Shown here: in pieces, positions 59,365 through 64,000 of the stretch
Layout: each line of letters begins with the position of its first letter
Position numbering within the stretch: the first letter of the stretch is position 1
NCBI GenBank assembly: GCA_964648295.1
Contig: CAZYNH010000004.1
Location: 613-64,612, forward strand
Source of the DNA: an uncultured Bacteroidia bacterium
GTDB lineage: Bacteria > UBA4055
Direction of reading: 5' to 3'
DNA: 64,000 bases
The notes under the pieces: model-generated
What the model was told of the DNA's origin: nothing
What the model saw: only the letters and a program-made list of their open reading frames with translations
Database searches by the model: none
Translations under genes and position numbers: made by a program

Positions 59365-60663
59365 ATGGCAAGCACAGTAGGAATAAGATACGAAGACAAA
59401 TATGAACTCGAGAGAAGAGTTCCGCTTGTACCTGAGGATATCAAAAAACTTACAGGTGAAGGACTTCGCATACAAGTTCAGTCGTCGGAGAAAAGGATAT
59501 TCGGAGACTCGGAGTACAGCCGGGCCGGGGCGGAGATAGTTCCAGATATGAAAAATGCTGATGTCATATTCGGCGTCAAAGAGGTAACGATCCCTTCTTT
59601 TGAACAAAATAAAACTTATGTCTTTTTCTCACATATAATCAAAGGCCAGTCATACAATATGCCGATGCTCAGATCAATGATCGAGAAAAAAGTGAACCTG
59701 ATCGATTACGAAAAAGTTACGGACGAAAAAGGAAGAAGACTTATATTCTTTGGTAACTACGCGGGTCTTGCCGGCATGATCGATACGATATGGGCTCTTG
59801 GCCTCAGGCTGAAATATATGGGCATTGACACACCGTTTATCAAGCTCAAGCAGGCAAGAATGTACAACTCGCTTGAAGAAGCTAAATCAGATCTCAGAGA
59901 TATTTCAGCGGAGATAGCGGAAAAAGGCCTTCCTGAAGAAATATGTCCGCTTACAGTCGGGTTTACCGGGTACGGGAATGTGTCGAAAGGTGCTCAGGAA
60001 ATATTCAACATCCTGCCTTTCAAGGAAATTTCACCCGCTGAACTTCCCGGTCTGAATAATTCAAAGACATCTAACAAAAAGCTTTATAAAACAGTGTTCA
60101 AAGAAGAGCATCTGGCCGAAAGAAAAGACGGATCCCAGTTCATTCTACAAGATTATTATGATCACCCTGAATTGTTCAGCGGCACTTTTGAGAAATACAT
60201 CCCGCATCTTTCAGTCATGATGAACTGCGTTTTCTGGACAGAAAAATATCCCAGGCTCGTGACAAAAAAATATTTAAAAGCTAATCACACCGGTTCGTCA
60301 AAGCTTCTCGCTATCGGGGATGTAACATGCGATGTACACGGATCTGTGGAATGCACTGAGCTGGGTACGCCTATTAACGACCCGATTTATGTCTACGATC
60401 CCGTAAAAGGAACACATAAAATGGGATACACAGGCGACGGACTTTTAATAATGAGCGTGGATATTCTTCCGAGCGAGCTGCCGAGAGAATCTTCGGAGTT
60501 CTTCAGCAGAGAACTTTATCCGTTCGTCAAATCTATTGCCTCTTGCGATTTTTCCGCCGGGTATGAAGACCTTTCTCTTCCCGTTGAGATAAAAAAAGCC
60601 CTGATCCTTCATAAAGGGGAATTTACGCCGGACTATAGATACATACAGAATTTTCTAAAATAA
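59365..60663 (+). CDS. Lysine-ketoglutarate reductase (LKR)-like protein, homologous to the N-terminal domain of eukaryotic bifunctional AASS
   Basis: Start refined to the ATG at 59365 after a GAGGAG RBS. Collinear conserved blocks versus the AASS LKR domain as recalled (IRYEDKYELERRVPLVPEDIK, FFSHIIKGQ, LIDYEKV, GTGNVSKGAQEIFN). Confidence 0.75.
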   Translation: MASTVGIRYEDKYELERRVPLVPEDIKKLTGEGLRIQVQSSEKRIFGDSEYSRAGAEIVPDMKNADVIFGVKEVTIPSFEQNKTYVFFSHIIKGQSYNMPMLRSMIEKKVNLIDYEKVTDEKGRRLIFFGNYAGLAGMIDTIWALGLRLKYMGIDTPFIKLKQARMYNSLEEAKSDLRDISAEIAEKGLPEEICPLTVGFTGYGNVSKGAQEIFNILPFKEISPAELPGLNNSKTSNKKLYKTVFKEEHLAERKDGSQFILQDYYDHPELFSGTFEKYIPHLSVMMNCVFWTEKYPRLVTKKYLKANHTGSSKLLAIGDVTCDVHGSVECTELGTPINDPIYVYDPVKGTHKMGYTGDGLLIMSVDILPSELPRESSEFFSRELYPFVKSIASCDFSAGYEDLSLPVEIKKALILHKGEFTPDYRYIQNFLK

Positions 60664-60669
60664 ACGGAG

Positions 60670-62013
60670 ATGAAAATGAAAAAAGTACTGATACTTGGCG
60701 CAGGAATGGTCGTAAAACCGATAGTCACATATCTTTTAGACCACAAATTCCAGGTAACCGTAGCTACAAGAACAAAATCCAAAGCAGATGAAATGATCGC
60801 AGGCCACAAGAACGGCAAGTCTGTTGCGTGGACTGTCGAAGATGAAAAAACGCTTGACAAGATGATCAAAGAACACGATCTGACAGTGAGCCTTCTGCCC
60901 TGGATGCACCACATAATGGTGGCAAAACACTGCATAAAGAACAAAAAGAACATGGTGACGACATCTTATGTCAAACCTGAGATGAAAGCTCTGGAAGCGG
61001 AAGCAAAAAAAGCGGGCATCATCATACTTAACGAACTTGGCCTTGATCCCGGAATAGATCACATGTCGGCCATGAGGATAATTGACCATATCCACAATAA
61101 AAAAGGCAAGGTCGTAGAATTCTATTCATTCTGCGGAGCGCTCGTTGCGCCGGAAGTGGAAAAGAACCCGTTCAACTACAAGTTCACATGGGCTCCCAAA
61201 GGCGTTGTAATGGCCGGAAATAATGACGGGAAATATCTCCGTCACGGTAAAGTCAAATACATTCCGACAGCCGACCTTTTCAAAAAACCTCTTAAAGTCG
61301 ATTTCCCCAAAGTCGGAAAACTCGAGGTTTATCCAAACAGAGATTCCTTGCCATACATTGAGCTTTACGGAATACCTGAAACAAAAACAATGTTCAGGGG
61401 GACTTTCAGATATCCTAAATGGTGTCAGGTACTTACCGCAATGAAAGAAATGAACCTGATTTCTTACGACAAGATCAATCTGAAAGATAAAAGCTACGCT
61501 GATTTCATGGCCGGCCAGATTGGTGAAAAAAGCTCCAAGGATATTAAATCCAAGGTGGCGAAATTCCTGAAAGTATCAGAAAGATCAAATCCTCTGAAAG
61601 CTCTTGAATGGCTTGGCCTTTTCTCGAACAAAAAAATCGGCCGTGTTGAAGATTCACCTTTCGAGATCGTATCGGATCTCATGCTTGAAAAAATGATGAT
61701 AGCTGATCACGAGAGGGATATGGTCGTCATGCAGCATACATTCGTTGCCGAATACAAAGGCGGAAAAAGAGAGGTCATTAAATCAAGAATGCTGGATTTC
61801 GGAACTCTTGAAACAGACACTTCCATAGCCAGGACCGTTGCTTTACCCGCGGCTGTCGGAGTCAAAATGATCCTTGACGGCGAGATAAAAGAAAAAGGTG
61901 TTCACATTCCGGTACTGCCCGGTATATACAACCCGATCTTAGACGCTTTGGAGCACATGAATATAAAAATGGTTGAGGAATACGGACTTCCGGAGTCGGA
62001 AACGATTAAATAA
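60670..62013 (+). CDS. Saccharopine dehydrogenase (SDH)-like protein, homologous to the C-terminal domain of AASS
   Basis: Rossmann N-terminus (KKVLILGAGMV) and conserved blocks (SLLPWMHH, MVTTSYV, LNELGLDPGIDHMSAM, FTWAPKGV, YPNRDSLPY). Confidence 0.8.
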   Translation: MKMKKVLILGAGMVVKPIVTYLLDHKFQVTVATRTKSKADEMIAGHKNGKSVAWTVEDEKTLDKMIKEHDLTVSLLPWMHHIMVAKHCIKNKKNMVTTSYVKPEMKALEAEAKKAGIIILNELGLDPGIDHMSAMRIIDHIHNKKGKVVEFYSFCGALVAPEVEKNPFNYKFTWAPKGVVMAGNNDGKYLRHGKVKYIPTADLFKKPLKVDFPKVGKLEVYPNRDSLPYIELYGIPETKTMFRGTFRYPKWCQVLTAMKEMNLISYDKINLKDKSYADFMAGQIGEKSSKDIKSKVAKFLKVSERSNPLKALEWLGLFSNKKIGRVEDSPFEIVSDLMLEKMMIADHERDMVVMQHTFVAEYKGGKREVIKSRMLDFGTLETDTSIARTVALPAAVGVKMILDGEIKEKGVHIPVLPGIYNPILDALEHMNIKMVEEYGLPESETIK

Positions 62014-62045
62014 GAGAAGGGGGCTGATGCCCCTTTTTTTTTATT
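62014..62045. terminator. Bidirectional rho-independent terminator between the SDH-like gene and a convergent kinase gene
   Basis: GAAGGGGGCtgatGCCCCttttttttt; the T-run overlaps the last codons of the minus-strand gene. Confidence 0.65.
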
Positions 62046-63339
62046 TTACAACGGGAAGGTATACAAAAAACTTTGTTCCGATGTTCAACTGAGTTTCAAA
62101 TGTTAAAGCTCCGCCGTGATTCTTAATTATCCCCCATGCTGACGGCAGGCCAAGACCGAAACCCTTTTTGTTCCTTTTCGTTGTAATAAAGGGCTCAAAT
62201 ATTTTTTTCCTGACGGATTCGTCAATTCCGGGGCCGTTGTCAATAATGATTATCCTGATATATTTCTCTTCTTTCAGGTGAAGATTCTCAAGAGAATCAC
62301 CCGGATAAAAAATGTCCGTTCTGATCTCGATCCTGCCTGACTCGCCTGCTGCCTGAACAGCATTGGTAAGTATATGCGTTAAAGCAAGCGAGATCTGCCC
62401 CCTGTCCCCTTTGACCGCGACCTTTTCTTTTAACTTCTTACGGGTAATATTTATGTTCTTATACGAGGCTGAGAAATTTTCCGTGAGTATACCGATTATT
62501 TCTTCGGGATCGAATTCAGTGACAACATATTTACCCATACCGGCAAGGCTGAGGAGGTTGGCCGAAAGTCTTGAAGCCTCTTTTATCTGCTCTTCGATCA
62601 TATTCAGTCTTTTCATGATCTCATTATTATTCTCGAATTTTAGTTTTAAAATTGACACGCTGCCCTGGATACCTGTGAGAAGATTGTTGAAATTATGCGA
62701 CACACCTGACGCAAGACTTCCAAGAGCAGACAGCCTTTCGGACTCTTTAACCATTTCGCTTAACTCTCTTTCAGTCTGTTCCGAAAGTTTAAAATCAGTA
62801 ATGTCATGAAATACCAGCTGATACCCGGATAATTCTTTTTTCTCATTATAATCTGCCTGTACATTTATTAAATAGTAGAACCTGATCTGCCCGACCATAA
62901 AAGAAAACTCAAAACTTCCTGACGGATCTGCTACGGAAAGCTCGTCTAATTTTGAATTTATCAAAACAGCCTCATCTTCTCCGAATATTGCTACAATATC
63001 TTTACCTATGACCCGTTTTTCAACTATTTTAAATCTTTGATAAAAAGCTTTGTTGAAGAAAATTATCTTTTTACTTCTGTCCAGTCTGCATACCATCGAT
63101 GAGAGATCCGCAACTATTGTCCTGAATAATGCGCTTACTTTTACAAGCTTTAGCTCCAGCTCTTTTCTTTTTCCGTTCTCGCTGATCAATTTTTCGAATT
63201 TTCTGACCTTAAAGACATGAAATATAATAATGAGTATGAGCGGTATCAGGGAGATATAAATGTTTTCGCAGTAGAATATAGTAATATAAAACAGGATCAG
63301 TATTATTATGAGAGAAAGATAATTCCGCAATTGGTCCAT
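62041..63339 (-). CDS. Membrane-anchored PAS sensor histidine kinase
   Basis: N-terminal TM helices, PAS-like region, HisKA (GVSHNFNNLLTGIQG), HATPase (IIDNGPGI, GFGLGLPSAWGI). Confidence 0.85.
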   Translation of the reverse strand: MDQLRNYLSLIIILILFYITIFYCENIYISLIPLILIIIFHVFKVRKFEKLISENGKRKELELKLVKVSALFRTIVADLSSMVCRLDRSKKIIFFNKAFYQRFKIVEKRVIGKDIVAIFGEDEAVLINSKLDELSVADPSGSFEFSFMVGQIRFYYLINVQADYNEKKELSGYQLVFHDITDFKLSEQTERELSEMVKESERLSALGSLASGVSHNFNNLLTGIQGSVSILKLKFENNNEIMKRLNMIEEQIKEASRLSANLLSLAGMGKYVVTEFDPEEIIGILTENFSASYKNINITRKKLKEKVAVKGDRGQISLALTHILTNAVQAAGESGRIEIRTDIFYPGDSLENLHLKEEKYIRIIIIDNGPGIDESVRKKIFEPFITTKRNKKGFGLGLPSAWGIIKNHGGALTFETQLNIGTKFFVYLPVVK

Positions 63340-63498
63340 CTGACTTTTCCTGTATGTTCGAATTTTCTCTTTTAAAAATGTAATAAGGGCGCACCCTGTT
63401 AATTAATATAACAACACGGCGGTCAAAATAAAAGAATAATTTTTGATTTTATGTTTTTTAACATTATATTGCATTCTTTATGTATAAATGAGTTGCAA

Positions 63499-64000
63499 GT
63501 GAAAAAGATACTCCCGATACTGTTTATAATAATCTCTCAGCTCTTAATCTGTTCAGAAAAGGCTGAAGGAAACGGAAGCGACTCAACTTATGTCGCTGAC
63601 AACAAATTCATAATTCTTCCTTTCGGATTTTACACAAGCGATACAAGCGTCGCTCTGGGACTGTTCTCACAGCTAAAATTAAAAGACAGCGATAATATCT
63701 TCGGCAATATTATATATACTTTCAAAAACCAGCTTATGATGTTCGCGGTCACCGATTATCATCAGGGCGATAAAATCATTTACAATAAACTCAAAGCCGA
63801 AAATTACTATTCCGAGTCTTACGGAACGGGCATCAGCTCAGGTACCCGGGACAAGTACGATTACAGATACACAATGATCGACATTCATACAGATTTCGGA
63901 CAGAATATCAGAAAGAACACCGGATTATTTGTATCCATAAACAATTTTTTTTACAGTCCCAAAGACGGAAAAGACAGCCTGGCAAACATTTACTCCACAG
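63499..64000 (+). CDS. Secreted hypothetical protein, 3' partial (GTG start; runs off the window)
   Basis: Frame open from the GTG at about 63499 to the window end; signal-peptide-like N-terminus (VKKILPILFIIISQLLICS); not in the ORF track because no stop is reached. Confidence 0.35.
   Translation, partial: MKKILPILFIIISQLLICSEKAEGNGSDSTYVADNKFIILPFGFYTSDTSVALGLFSQLKLKDSDNIFGNIIYTFKNQLMMFAVTDYHQGDKIIYNKLKAENYYSESYGTGISSGTRDKYDYRYTMIDIHTDFGQNIRKNTGLFVSINNFFYSPKDGKDSLANIYST

Noticed and set aside
1-64000. Search for CRISPR arrays, rRNA and tRNA genes
   Set aside because: No regularly spaced direct repeats were seen; no intergenic region shows tRNA T-loop motifs (GGTTCGAATCC-like) or rRNA-like sequence, and intergenic spacers are short.

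Overview
AT-rich 64 kb window from an unidentified, probably uncultivated bacterium; everything below is read by eye from the six-frame translations, with no BLAST or HMM search run. The first ~27.5 kb is a dense island of 17 consecutive signal-transduction genes: PAS-rich sensor histidine kinases (several with periplasmic solute-binding sensor domains), three stand-alone CheY/Rcp1-like receivers, two membrane PAS sensors with no output domain, an apparent His-less pseudo-kinase, an apparent Asn-substituted pseudo-receiver and a 622-aa tandem-repeat protein of unknown function. No DNA-binding or enzymatic output domain is encoded anywhere in the island, which is the best candidate here for an undescribed system. 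The remainder is mostly housekeeping and envelope genes (rpe, a B12-binding radical SAM protein, AsmA-like, LptF/LptG permeases, tricorn-like S41 protease, mscL, mfd, tadA, purC, a split LKR/SDH saccharopine pair). Interspersed accessory elements are an AbiEi/AbiEii abortive-infection pair next to an ORF6N gene, and between mfd and tadA an IS3 element with 23-bp terminal inverted repeats inserted beside two toxin-antitoxin modules, one with a truncated toxin. No rRNA, tRNA or CRISPR array was recognised. Coordinates follow the ORF track; my manual base counting disagreed with it by 1 nt around 52.8-53.0 kb, so refined starts and non-coding features are approximate.
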